Assembly: GCA_041651535.1 (NCBI GenBank)
Contig: JBAZIZ010000001.1
Coordinates: 6,011-70,010 of the forward strand
DNA: 64,000 bases
Direction of reading: 5' to 3'
Source: Patescibacteria group bacterium
GTDB lineage: Bacteria > Patescibacteriota > Patescibacteriia > Magasanikbacterales > UBA922
Shown piece by piece: positions 1 through 10,080 of this stretch (its first letter is position 1; each line of letters starts with the position of its first letter). Position numbers and translations under genes: made by a program. Below the pieces are notes generated by a model. It had not been told where the DNA came from, ran no database searches, and saw nothing but the letters and a program-made list of their open reading frames with translations.

Positions 1-1056
1 GCGTTTAATAAGTATTATAAACCAGAATTTTTAGAACATGGTTGGGGAGAAACCTGGTTTGATAACGCCCACAGTGTGATTATGAATACGATTGCAGTCC
101 AAGGTTTATTTGGTATTCTTTCTTATTTAGCAATTTATGTTTTAGTGATTTTGACTATTATAAAATTTTATCGTTTAGGAAAAATTGATAAACATACAGC
201 TTTTTTTGGTCTCGCAATAATTTTATCTCATTTAGTGACAATCACGACAGTGTTTGATAATCCAACCTCATATCTTTACTTTTTTTGTTTTTTAGCTTTT
301 TTAAATTCAGCAACAACAATGAAACAGGAAACAGAAAAAAAATATTTAGAAAGAGATTTTAGTTGGCCTTTGTTTGTTATTGTTTTTTTATTTTCAATTT
401 TGTTTATTTATTCAACTGATATCAATCCAGCTCGAGCTAATAAAGCAGCTTTAAAAACTATCAGAGCTTTATATAGTGGAGTAAATGTCTCAGCAGAATA
501 TAAAAACGCTAGTTTAATACCAACGCCACATATTGATGATATCAGAAATGATTTTGCAAAAATTTCCGTAGAAATTTTACAAAAATTTTTAGAATTAAAC
601 AAAACTCAAAATGCTCCAGAAATTTTTAAATTAGCTTTTGAAGAAGAACAAAAAAATTTAGAATTGCATCCGCTAGATGTTAGAATAAAAATAACTTTAG
701 CTGAATTAGCACAATTAGGAGCAAAGATAAATCAGGACGCTAATCTTTTACTCTATGCGGATAATATGATTAGCGATGCTTTAGTTGATTCTCCGAAAAG
801 ACAACAACTTTTTCTTAGTGGAGCTTTGATAAAAATTTATATGAATGATAATTTAGGAGCAGAAAAATTATTATTACAAGCAGTTGAATCTGATCCAAAA
901 ATTGAAGAAGTGTGGTGGCGTTTAGCAGCTTTTTATTATGATACAAATCAAAAAGAAAAAGCTAAAGAAGCTATTATTAGAGCTGAAAAAGAATTTTCTA
1001 TTAAATTTAAAAGTTTAGAAGGAAATAATATCAAAAATTTGGTTTTTGAAAAATAA
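1..1056 (+). CDS. O-antigen ligase-like (Wzy_C) membrane protein with C-terminal TPR repeats, 5'-truncated
   Basis: Frame is open from base 1 (AFNKYYKPEFLEHGWGETWFDNAHSV; DxAH ligase motif), followed by TM helices and TPR-like helices (AEKLLLQAVESDPKIEEVWWRLA). Confidence 0.75.
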   Translation, partial: AFNKYYKPEFLEHGWGETWFDNAHSVIMNTIAVQGLFGILSYLAIYVLVILTIIKFYRLGKIDKHTAFFGLAIILSHLVTITTVFDNPTSYLYFFCFLAFLNSATTMKQETEKKYLERDFSWPLFVIVFLFSILFIYSTDINPARANKAALKTIRALYSGVNVSAEYKNASLIPTPHIDDIRNDFAKISVEILQKFLELNKTQNAPEIFKLAFEEEQKNLELHPLDVRIKITLAELAQLGAKINQDANLLLYADNMISDALVDSPKRQQLFLSGALIKIYMNDNLGAEKLLLQAVESDPKIEEVWWRLAAFYYDTNQKEKAKEAIIRAEKEFSIKFKSLEGNNIKNLVFEK

Positions 1057-1059
1057 TTT

Positions 1060-2193
1060 ATGAATTGTCTCAATAATAACAAATTAGCTTTGTTTTTTAC
1101 TACGGGCATAAGTCTGGCTACTTGGGAAAAAATTGGTAATTTAGAAAGAGAAATAAAACCTTATATAAAATTAACAGAAAATTATTCCGAAGTTTATTTT
1201 TTTACTTATGGTGACAAAAAAGATGAAGAAATTTTAAAAAAATATAATGATAAAATAAAAGTCTGTTATAAAAAAAATAAATTAAATAATAAAATTTATA
1301 GTTTTTTACTACCTTTTTTTTATAAAAAAGAATTAAAAAATATAGATATTTATAAAACAAACCAAATGTCTGGCGCTTGGTCAGCCTTAATAGCTAAAAA
1401 ATTATTTAAGAAAAAATTGCTTGTTCGTTGTGGTTATGAATGGTCTGATTTTTTAGAAAGAAATAATAAAAATAAATTTATATTATTAATTGCAAAAATA
1501 ATTGAAAAAATAATTTACAAAAATGCTGATAAAATTATTATAACTTCACAAAAAGATCAAGACTTTATTATAAATAATTTCAAAATCAAGCAAGAAAAAA
1601 TAGAAGTGATAAATAATTATATTGATATAGATTTATTTAAAAAAGAAAAAAATAATTTAGTCAGAAAAAATAAATTAGTTTTTGTTGGCAGATTTAATAA
1701 ACAAAAAAATTTATTTAATTTGTTAGAGGCTATGAATGGTTTGGATGTGGAATTAAATTTGATCGGGAGTGGAGAACTAGAAAATGAATTAAAAGAAAAC
1801 GCAAAAAATATTAAAAATGCAAAAATAAATTTTTTGGGAAATATTTTAAATGAAAATTTAATAGACAAATTGAATGAAAATGAAATTTTTGTTTTTCCAA
1901 GTTTATATGAAGGAAATCCAAAAGCTCTGCTTGAAGCGATGTCTGCAGGACTAGCGGTTTTGTCTACAAATGTAAAAGGAATTAGAGAAGTTATAGATCA
2001 TAAAGAAAATGGTTATTTGGTAAATACAGATTCAGATTCAATCAAACAAGGTTTGATAGAATTATTGAATAATGAAGAATTAAAAGAAAAAATAAGTGCT
2101 GGTGCTAGAAAAACTATTGAAGAAAAATTTTCTTTTGAAAAAATAATAGAAAAAGAACTAGACTTACATAAAAATTTATTATGCCAAAAGTAA
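1060..2193 (+). CDS. Glycosyltransferase family 4
   Basis: FVGRFNKQKN and PSLYEGNPKALLEAMSAG (EX7E) motifs. Confidence 0.9.
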   Translation: MNCLNNNKLALFFTTGISLATWEKIGNLEREIKPYIKLTENYSEVYFFTYGDKKDEEILKKYNDKIKVCYKKNKLNNKIYSFLLPFFYKKELKNIDIYKTNQMSGAWSALIAKKLFKKKLLVRCGYEWSDFLERNNKNKFILLIAKIIEKIIYKNADKIIITSQKDQDFIINNFKIKQEKIEVINNYIDIDLFKKEKNNLVRKNKLVFVGRFNKQKNLFNLLEAMNGLDVELNLIGSGELENELKENAKNIKNAKINFLGNILNENLIDKLNENEIFVFPSLYEGNPKALLEAMSAGLAVLSTNVKGIREVIDHKENGYLVNTDSDSIKQGLIELLNNEELKEKISAGARKTIEEKFSFEKIIEKELDLHKNLLCQK

Positions 2194-4010
2194 GTGTCAT
2201 AATGTCAGTTTATAATGGAGAAAAATATTTATCCGAAGCGATAGAGAGTATTTTAGTCCAAACTTTTAAAGATTTTGAGTTTATTATTATCGACGATGCT
2301 TCAATTGATAATTCTTTTAAAATTATAGAAAAATACAAAAATAAAGATAATAGAATAATTTTGCTTAAAAACCAAGAAAATTTAGGTCTAACAAAATCAC
2401 TTAACAAAGCTATAAAAATAGCAAAAGGGGATTATATTGCTAGGATGGATGCTGATGATGTTTCTGTTGAAGATAGATTGGAAAAACAAATAAATTTTTT
2501 AGAAAATAATAAAAATATTGATTTAATAGGTACTGATGTTGAGTTTATAGATAATAACAAATTAAAACATACTCTTATTTTTGATAAAGAAAAAATCAAA
2601 AAAGTTTTTTTCCATCATAATCCTATGATTCATCCAACTTGGATGTTTAAAAAAGAAATTTTGAAAAAAATTAATTATGATGAAAAATATTTATATGCGC
2701 AAGATTATAAATTTTTAGCAGATCTGTTAAAAAATGATTTTATTTTTACAAATTTAGATGATAAATTATTAAAATTTAGATTGGCTCAGGAGAGTATTTC
2801 ACAAAAAAAAAATGTCTTACAAAGATATTATTCACTTGAAGTTAGAAGATTTTTATTTAAAAACAATCTATATCCAAAATATAAAAAAATATTTTTATTT
2901 AGGCAATATTTAAAATATTATTATTTAGTTTTTAAAAATAAATTAGAAAAAGAGAATACTGCTATTTTTTTATCAAGTTTAAGAGGAGGTGGATTTACTT
3001 ATATTAAAAATTTTTTAGATAGTACAGAAAAAAAATATTTTATAATTGCAAAGGATGATAATAAAGAAAATTTAGAATTTTTAATAAAACACAGTCAAGT
3101 AAAAGAAATTTTTATTTATAAAAGTTTTTTGTCTATTTTTAAGATAATTAACTTTGTTAAAAGAAATAAAATAAAAGTTTTTTATTCTCAGGGTGTAAGG
3201 GTGATAATCTTTGCGAGAATTATAAAATTATTTTTACCTAAAATAATACTTATAAATATTTTTCATGGTTATTTTTTTGTGCATTATAAAAATTTATTAA
3301 AAAGAAAAATATTTTTATTTTTAGAAAAAGTTTTTTATTTTTTAGATAATGGTCAGATATTTTTGACTGAAAGTGATAGAAATTTTGCTAAAAAAAATAA
3401 AAGTTTAGCAAAAAATAATGTTATTATTGCCAATGAAATAAATTTTCCTGAAAAATTAGATAAAAATTTTGCTAATCAAGTTTTAAATATTGGTTTTTTA
3501 GGAAGATGGCGATATGAAAAAGGGATAGATATTTTTCTTGAAATAATTGAAAAATTAAATAATAAAAATTCAGAAAAATATAACTTTTATCTAAAAGGGG
3601 ATGGAGATTTTAATTTAGAAGTAGAAAATATAAATAAAAAATATAATAATGTAAATTTAGAAAAATTTGATAATAATATAAAAGATTTTTTCACAAAAAT
3701 AGATTTATTGATTTTTCCTTCTCGTCATGAGGGTTTGCCAATCACGATTTTGGAAGCTGGAGCTTATGGAGTACCAGTTTTAGCTAGTAATGTTTGTGGT
3801 AATAGAGATTTAGTAATAAATAATAAAACTGGTTTTTTGGTCGATGTAAATGTAGATAATTTTGTAGAAAAAATAGAAAATTTGGATAATTTAAAACTAA
3901 AAGATATCGCAGAAAATGCTCGAATAAATTTATTAGAAAAAAATAGCAAGCCACAAAGAATGACACAAAAAACAGAGGAATTTATTTTTGGTGTAGTAAA
4001 TAAAAAATAA
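2181..4010 (+). CDS. GT2-GT4 fusion glycosyltransferase
   Basis: N-terminal GT2 (VSVIMSVYN, IDDAS, ARMDADD) plus C-terminal GT4 (PSRHEGLPITILEA). Confidence 0.9.
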   Translation: MPKVSVIMSVYNGEKYLSEAIESILVQTFKDFEFIIIDDASIDNSFKIIEKYKNKDNRIILLKNQENLGLTKSLNKAIKIAKGDYIARMDADDVSVEDRLEKQINFLENNKNIDLIGTDVEFIDNNKLKHTLIFDKEKIKKVFFHHNPMIHPTWMFKKEILKKINYDEKYLYAQDYKFLADLLKNDFIFTNLDDKLLKFRLAQESISQKKNVLQRYYSLEVRRFLFKNNLYPKYKKIFLFRQYLKYYYLVFKNKLEKENTAIFLSSLRGGGFTYIKNFLDSTEKKYFIIAKDDNKENLEFLIKHSQVKEIFIYKSFLSIFKIINFVKRNKIKVFYSQGVRVIIFARIIKLFLPKIILINIFHGYFFVHYKNLLKRKIFLFLEKVFYFLDNGQIFLTESDRNFAKKNKSLAKNNVIIANEINFPEKLDKNFANQVLNIGFLGRWRYEKGIDIFLEIIEKLNNKNSEKYNFYLKGDGDFNLEVENINKKYNNVNLEKFDNNIKDFFTKIDLLIFPSRHEGLPITILEAGAYGVPVLASNVCGNRDLVINNKTGFLVDVNVDNFVEKIENLDNLKLKDIAENARINLLEKNSKPQRMTQKTEEFIFGVVNKK

Positions 4011-4011
4011 T

Positions 4012-5115
4012 ATGAAAAAAATATTACAAGTAAATAAATTATATTATCCATGGATTGGTGGAGTAGAAAAAGTTGTGGAAGATTTAGCAGAAAATATAAA
4101 TGACGGAGAAAATTTTGTTTCTCATGTTTTGTGTGCAAATAATAAAGGAAAAGCAAAAGAAGATAATATAAACGGAGTAAAAGTTTTTTATGCCAAAAGT
4201 TATGGAATGTTTATGAGTCAGCCGATTTCTCTAGATTTTTTTAGAAAATTTAAAAAGATAAGAAATGACTATGATATTATAGATATTCATCATCCAAATC
4301 CAATGGCATTTTTAGCTTGCTATTTATTTAAACCAAGAGGAAAAATTATTATTCATTATCATAGCGATATTATAAAACAAAAAATAATTGGTTTTTTTAT
4401 AAAACCACTTGTATTGAAAGTGATGAAGATGTCTGATAAGATAATAATATCAAATCCAAACATGATAAAAAGTTCAAAAATTTTATCTAAATTTAAAGAA
4501 AAATGTGAAGTTATACCTTTTGGGATTGATTTAAAAGAAATTGAACAGAATTTAGATGAGAATTTACAAAAGCAAATAAAAGAAAAATACGGAAATTATG
4601 TTTTATTTGTTGGTAGATTAATTTATTATAAAGGTGTTCATGTTTTGATTGAGGCTATAAAAAATTTGAATATAAATTTGGTAATTATTGGGGCAGGTAA
4701 ATTAGAAAGTGATCTTAAAAAACAGGTAAAAAATTTAAATTTAGAAGATAAAGTTTTTTTCTTGGAAAATAAATCAAGAAAAGAGCTTATAAATTTTTAT
4801 AGTCAAGCAAAAATGTTTGTTTTGCCATCTATTTTTAAATCTGAAGCCTTTGGGGTAGTTTTACTCGAAGCTATGGTTAATGGAATTCCACTTATTTCAA
4901 CTGAACTTGGGACTGGAACAAGTTTTGTAAATGAAAATGGTAAAACAGGTTATGTGGTAGAAAAAAATAATCCAAATGAATTGAAACAAGCGATTGAAAA
5001 AATATTAAATAATAAAGAAGTTGATTTTAAAAATAATTGTTTGAAAAGAATAGAAGAATGTTTTACTTTTGACAAGTTTATTGAAAAAAATAAAAAAGTT
5101 TATGAAAATATTTAA
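4012..5115 (+). CDS. Glycosyltransferase family 4 (WfcD-like)
   Basis: KLYYPWIGGVE, FVGRLIYYKG, PSIFKSEAFGVVLLEAM. Confidence 0.9.
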   Translation: MKKILQVNKLYYPWIGGVEKVVEDLAENINDGENFVSHVLCANNKGKAKEDNINGVKVFYAKSYGMFMSQPISLDFFRKFKKIRNDYDIIDIHHPNPMAFLACYLFKPRGKIIIHYHSDIIKQKIIGFFIKPLVLKVMKMSDKIIISNPNMIKSSKILSKFKEKCEVIPFGIDLKEIEQNLDENLQKQIKEKYGNYVLFVGRLIYYKGVHVLIEAIKNLNINLVIIGAGKLESDLKKQVKNLNLEDKVFFLENKSRKELINFYSQAKMFVLPSIFKSEAFGVVLLEAMVNGIPLISTELGTGTSFVNENGKTGYVVEKNNPNELKQAIEKILNNKEVDFKNNCLKRIEECFTFDKFIEKNKKVYENI

Positions 5116-5773
5116 AATAAAATTTATAAATAAGAATTTACTAAATATTTTTGTAAAATTAGATAATTTTTGTTATAAAATAATTTCTCGTTTGGTTATT
5201 TATGAAAATGATGGAGTTCACCCAAAACATAAGATAATGAATTATCATAAATTTTTTATTGATAATATAAATGAAAATGATGAAATTTTAGATATTGGCT
5301 GTGGAAAAGGAGAAAATGCATATGACATAGCACAAAAAGCTAAAAAAGTTTTAGGTATAGATATCAAAGAAAATAATATTAAAACTGCTAATGAAAAATA
5401 TCACCATGCCTGCCGGCAGACAGGAAAAGCAAATTTAGAATTTTTAGTCGGAGATGCGACTAAGAATAATTTTTCTAAAAAGTTTGATAAAATAGTTTTA
5501 TCAAATGTTTTAGAACATATTGAAAACAGAGTAGAATTTTTAAAAAGTCTACATAATATTTCGGATGTGATTTTAATCAGAGTTCCGATGATAGATCGAG
5601 ATTGGTTAGCTGTTTATAAGAAGAATAAAGGTTTTGAGTATAGATTGGATCCAACACATTTTATTGAATATACTTTGGATGAATTAAAAAAAGAATTAAG
5701 AGATTCTGGTTGGAAGATAGAAGATTATTCAATTCAGTTTGGAGAGTTTTGGGGGGTAATTAGTAAAGTATGA
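5102..5773 (+). CDS. Class I SAM-dependent methyltransferase carrying an in-frame palindrome insert
   Basis: ILDIGCGKG motif I and LSNVLEHI; ATG at 5102 preferred over the upstream TTG. Confidence 0.85.
   Translation: MKIFKIKFINKNLLNIFVKLDNFCYKIISRLVIYENDGVHPKHKIMNYHKFFIDNINENDEILDIGCGKGENAYDIAQKAKKVLGIDIKENNIKTANEKYHHACRQTGKANLEFLVGDATKNNFSKKFDKIVLSNVLEHIENRVEFLKSLHNISDVILIRVPMIDRDWLAVYKKNKGFEYRLDPTHFIEYTLDELKKELRDSGWKIEDYSIQFGEFWGVISKV
5405..5424. repeat. GC-rich 20-bp palindromic repeat copy inside CDS
   Basis: catgcctgccggcagacagg, 18/20 identical to the perfect palindrome at 46070-46089. Confidence 0.8.
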
Positions 5774-6819
5774 AAGAGAAAATAAAAATATTTATAGATA
5801 TTTTTAAAAATATTTTTTTAAAATATAGCGTTATTTATATAATAGAGTCAGCTGATTGGTCTATAAGATGGGATGGATTTTACATAACTTCTAGTTTAAA
5901 AAATAAAAAAATAAAATCTAGAATATCTAGAACAAGTAGAGGAATAAAGAATTCTATCATACATTTTGGTTCAGTAAGTACACTTATTAATAATAATGGA
6001 ATTAAAAAAGTAGATAAAAGCAATAAAATTATTTTAACTTGGTTTCATATAATAGAAGATGATAAAAAATTAAAGTTTATTTCAGAAATTAATGAAGAAG
6101 TAGATTTGGTTCACACCTCATGTCAAAAAACAAAAGATTTATTAATTAAACACGGCTTAACAGAAGAAAAAATAATTGTTATTCCTCTTGGAGTTGATTT
6201 AAATATTTTTAAAAAGTATTCTGAAGAAAAAAAACAAAAAATAAAAAATAAATTAAATTTACCAATTAATAAAAATATAATTGGATCTTTCCAAAAAGAT
6301 GGTCAAGGTTGGGGAGAAGGTTTAAAACCAAAATTAGAAAAAGGTCCAGATATTTTTTGTGATGTAGTAGAAAAAATAGCCAAAGAAAAAGATATTCATG
6401 TTTTACTTACAGGACCAGCGCGAGGTTATGTAAAAGAGAGATTGGATAAAGTTGGTATTAGTTATACTCATCATTATATTAGGAATTATCTCAGTATAGT
6501 TGATTATTATAATTGTCTAGATTTATATTTGGTAACTTCTAGAGCAGAAGGTGGACCGAAAGCGATCTTAGAATCAATGGCCACAGGAATACCTTTTATA
6601 ACTACAGATGTGGGATTGGTAAGTGATATATTAGAAAATACTAAAAATACCTATATTTGTTATAATGATACTGAACTATTTGAAAAAAGTATTTATTTAT
6701 TAAATAATAAAGGCAATCAAGAAGAATTTATAAAAAATAATTTAGTGGAAATAAAAAAATATTCTTGGGGAAAAATAACAGAAGAATATTTTGATAAAAT
6801 TTATAAAAAATTTTTATGA
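5770..6819 (+). CDS. Glycosyltransferase family 4
   Basis: TSRAEGGPKAILESMATG; KLEKGPD. Confidence 0.85.
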   Translation: MKEKIKIFIDIFKNIFLKYSVIYIIESADWSIRWDGFYITSSLKNKKIKSRISRTSRGIKNSIIHFGSVSTLINNNGIKKVDKSNKIILTWFHIIEDDKKLKFISEINEEVDLVHTSCQKTKDLLIKHGLTEEKIIVIPLGVDLNIFKKYSEEKKQKIKNKLNLPINKNIIGSFQKDGQGWGEGLKPKLEKGPDIFCDVVEKIAKEKDIHVLLTGPARGYVKERLDKVGISYTHHYIRNYLSIVDYYNCLDLYLVTSRAEGGPKAILESMATGIPFITTDVGLVSDILENTKNTYICYNDTELFEKSIYLLNNKGNQEEFIKNNLVEIKKYSWGKITEEYFDKIYKKFL

Positions 6820-7877
6820 AAATTTGTCTGAATACAAAATTTATTGAAGGACCATTTGGTGGGGGAATGCAGTTTGCAAATTTTTTTTATAAAAAATTAA
6901 AAGAAAAAGGTTTTGAAGTTGTAAATAATTTAAAAGATAGTGATATTGATGTTATTTTTCATATAAATCCTTTTCCATTTTTAATGGAATCATCATCTTT
7001 TTCTTTTTTGGATGCTTATGTTTACAAATTAAAAAATCCTAAAACAATTATTATTCAAAGAGTTAATGAGTGTGATGAAAGAAAAAACACAAATTATATA
7101 AATAATTTATTGTATAAAACAGTCAAATATTCTGATCACATAATTTATATTGCATCTTGGCTTGAAAAACTTTTTTCTGATAAATATAAAATAATGAAAG
7201 ATAAAAGTGCGGGCGTGGTTTTAAATGGTGCTGATAATAATATTTTTAATTTCAAAAATAAAGATTTTTGGAATGACGGTAAAAAAATCAAAATAGTTAC
7301 TCACCACTGGGGTGCTGATTACAATAAAGGTCATTTTATCTATAAAAAATTAGATGATTTATTGAATTTGGATGAATTTAAAAATAATTTTGAATTTACC
7401 TTTATTGGTAATATTCCAAAAAATATAGAATATAAAAATATAAAAATAATAAAACCTTTGTCAGGCAATAGATTAGCTGATGAACTTAAAAAACATGATA
7501 TTTATCTGACTGCTTCTTTGAATGAACCAGCTGGGATGCATCATATTGAAGGCGCATTATGTGGTTTACCACTGTTATATATAAATTCTGGTGCTTTACC
7601 TGAATATTGTAATAATTTTGGTTTAGAATTTAATAATGATAATTTTGAAAAAAAGTTACTAGAGATGAAAAATAATTATAATTTTTGGCTAGAGAAAATA
7701 AAAAATTATAATAATACTGCAGAAAAAATGGTGGATAATTATATAAAAAAGATTTTAGAATTAAAAAATAAACAGAAAAATATAAAAAGAAGAAAATTTT
7801 TTTTAAGTTTTATTTATAGAATATATTCAAAAATATATAATTTTGTTTGGTTTTTTAAAAAAAGATATGTTAAATAA
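6816..7877 (+). CDS. Glycosyltransferase (GT-B/GT4-like)
   Basis: GPFGGG N-terminal loop; ASLNEPAGMHHIEGALCG (EX7E). Confidence 0.8.
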   Translation: MKICLNTKFIEGPFGGGMQFANFFYKKLKEKGFEVVNNLKDSDIDVIFHINPFPFLMESSSFSFLDAYVYKLKNPKTIIIQRVNECDERKNTNYINNLLYKTVKYSDHIIYIASWLEKLFSDKYKIMKDKSAGVVLNGADNNIFNFKNKDFWNDGKKIKIVTHHWGADYNKGHFIYKKLDDLLNLDEFKNNFEFTFIGNIPKNIEYKNIKIIKPLSGNRLADELKKHDIYLTASLNEPAGMHHIEGALCGLPLLYINSGALPEYCNNFGLEFNNDNFEKKLLEMKNNYNFWLEKIKNYNNTAEKMVDNYIKKILELKNKQKNIKRRKFFLSFIYRIYSKIYNFVWFFKKRYVK

Positions 7878-8517
7878 TAATTATAAAAAACAAGTTAATA
7901 AAGAATTATATTTTGATAAAAATTATATAACTTTTGGTAGAATATCAACTTATTGTTTATTGATTAAAAATGTATTTAAATTAAAGGAGAGACCAGTAAA
8001 TATTTTAGAAATTGGACCCGGTAATAAAATATTAACCAATTTTTTAATTAATTGTGGTTTTTTTGTAGAAACTTTGGATTTTGATGAGAAAATTAATCCA
8101 GATTATGTAATGGATGTGAACAGTAGTAATTTTGAAAAAGTAAATAAAAAATATGATTTGGTGATTGCTTCACAAGTTTTTGAACATATTAGATTTGAAG
8201 ACTTTATAAAAGCTTTGGAAAAATTGAAGACAAAAACAAATAAATTGTTTATAACCCTGCCCCACTATAGTAAAAATTCTATTTCTTTTTTCTTTGCTTT
8301 TAAAATACCTTTTATTAAATATTTTTTTATTAGTAAAAAGTTTAATTTTTTTAAAAAACATTATTTGTTTAATAAACAACATTATTGGGAAATTGGAACA
8401 AAAGACACTTCTTTAAAAAAAATCAAGAAAGAGATAAAAAAGACCGGTTGGAAAATAAAAGAAAATTATATAAATGAAAATTACTCTTATCATCATTTTT
8501 TTTATTTAGAAAATTAA
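7867..8517 (+). CDS. Class I SAM-dependent methyltransferase
   Basis: ILEIGPG motif I, ASQVFEHI, HYWEIG. Confidence 0.8.
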   Translation: MLNNNYKKQVNKELYFDKNYITFGRISTYCLLIKNVFKLKERPVNILEIGPGNKILTNFLINCGFFVETLDFDEKINPDYVMDVNSSNFEKVNKKYDLVIASQVFEHIRFEDFIKALEKLKTKTNKLFITLPHYSKNSISFFFAFKIPFIKYFFISKKFNFFKKHYLFNKQHYWEIGTKDTSLKKIKKEIKKTGWKIKENYINENYSYHHFFYLEN

Positions 8518-8519
8518 AT

Positions 8520-9605
8520 ATGTATTTAGATAAAAAAAATAATATAAATTGGATTTTTGAATTGAAAAATAAAGTTCCTATTTTTTTAGATCAATTAAAA
8601 AATAAAAATAAACCAGGTTTTTTGAAATATTCTTTATCAGGAGATTTGTATTCTGAAAAAGAAAACTGGGGATTAGGAAATACTGTGTTTTATGTAAAAA
8701 TTCTATATATTTTGGATTTATTAAAATATTTGAATAGTGAAGAAAAAGAAAAAATTATAAATTTTATAAGAAGTTTTGAAGATAAAAATAATATTTTTTA
8801 TGATCCACTTATTAAAAGAAAATCATTTATAAAAGAAAAGTTGTCAGCTATTAAACACTTTGATTTTAATAATTTTTGGCATAAACAAATAAAAATCGCT
8901 GAAACTAGACAAACTATTTCAGTTTTGAAATTATTAGAAGAAAATTTTACTGTGTCTGATAAATTTTTATTAAAAACAAAAAAAGATATAATAAAATATT
9001 TAGAAAAATTAAATTGGGAAAATCCTTGGAACGCTGGTAGTCATTTGAGTACTCTTTTATTTTTTTTATACAATTCTGATTTAGATAATAAAGAAATTTT
9101 AGTAGATGAAGTTTTAAATTGGTTAGAAAACATTAAACAAATGGACGGTTTTTGGTATAAAGGTAATCCATCAATTCAATATAAAATAAACGGAGCGATG
9201 AAAATTTTTACTGGTTTTGATGCTATAAAAAGAAAACCTGTGGTAGATAAAAAAATAATTGATCAAGTATTGGAAGCTACAAATGATAATCATGCTTGTG
9301 ATAATTTTAATATTATTTATGTTATTTATCATCTAAATTTAGTTTATCCAGAATATAGAAAAGAAGAAATAAAAAAATTTGCTTTAGAACGTTTAGAAAA
9401 TTATAAAAAATATTATTATAAAGACATTGGAGGTTTTTCTTTTCAAAAAAATAAAGCAAATCAGATTTATTATGGTGCGAAAATAACCAAAGGTTTGAAT
9501 GAACCAGATATTCATGGAACAGTTATGTTTTTATTTGGTATTGATTTAATAAGTAGAATTTTAGAAGTTGATAAAAAATTAAAATTTAATTATTTGGAAG
9601 TTTAA
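8520..9605 (+). CDS. Hypothetical protein in glycan locus (possible prenyltransferase-like alpha/alpha barrel)
   Basis: 361-aa ORF tightly coupled to neighbours; QMDGFW and GGFSF resemble QW-type repeats (inference). Confidence 0.6.
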   Translation: MYLDKKNNINWIFELKNKVPIFLDQLKNKNKPGFLKYSLSGDLYSEKENWGLGNTVFYVKILYILDLLKYLNSEEKEKIINFIRSFEDKNNIFYDPLIKRKSFIKEKLSAIKHFDFNNFWHKQIKIAETRQTISVLKLLEENFTVSDKFLLKTKKDIIKYLEKLNWENPWNAGSHLSTLLFFLYNSDLDNKEILVDEVLNWLENIKQMDGFWYKGNPSIQYKINGAMKIFTGFDAIKRKPVVDKKIIDQVLEATNDNHACDNFNIIYVIYHLNLVYPEYRKEEIKKFALERLENYKKYYYKDIGGFSFQKNKANQIYYGAKITKGLNEPDIHGTVMFLFGIDLISRILEVDKKLKFNYLEV

Positions 9606-9610
9606 AAAAT

Positions 9611-10078
9611 ATGATTTTTATCAAAAAAATTTTTAAAAAAATAAAAAAAATGATAATATTTTTTTATTGGACTAAAAAAATAGCCAAAATTGAAAAAAAT
9701 TCAACTTTGGACCATGTAACAATTTATTATCCTAAAAATGTATTTATTGGTTCAAATACTAGAATAAATAAAGGAGTTATTTTGAATGCTAGAGATAAAA
9801 TTGAAATTGGCTCTTATGTGCATATTTCTTGTAATTCTATTTTAAATACCGGAGGTTTAAATTATGATAAACCAATTGAGGAGAGAGATCATTTTTCTAA
9901 AAAGATTATTATAGAGGATGGAGTTTGGATTGGTTCTGGTGCATTAATAAATCCAGGAATTAAAATAGAAAAAGGATCGGTTATAGGAGCAGGTTCTGTC
10001 ATTACCCATGATGTACCGTCTTATGTTGTGGTTGCGGGTAATCCAGCGAGAGTAATAAAAGAAATAAAAAAAAATTAA
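9611..10078 (+). CDS. Hexapeptide-repeat O-acetyltransferase (Maa/LacA family)
   Basis: IEDGVWIGSGALINPGIKIEKGSVIGAGSVITHDVP..VVAGNPARVIK. Confidence 0.9.
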   Translation: MIFIKKIFKKIKKMIIFFYWTKKIAKIEKNSTLDHVTIYYPKNVFIGSNTRINKGVILNARDKIEIGSYVHISCNSILNTGGLNYDKPIEERDHFSKKIIIEDGVWIGSGALINPGIKIEKGSVIGAGSVITHDVPSYVVVAGNPARVIKEIKKN

Positions 10079-10080
10079 AT

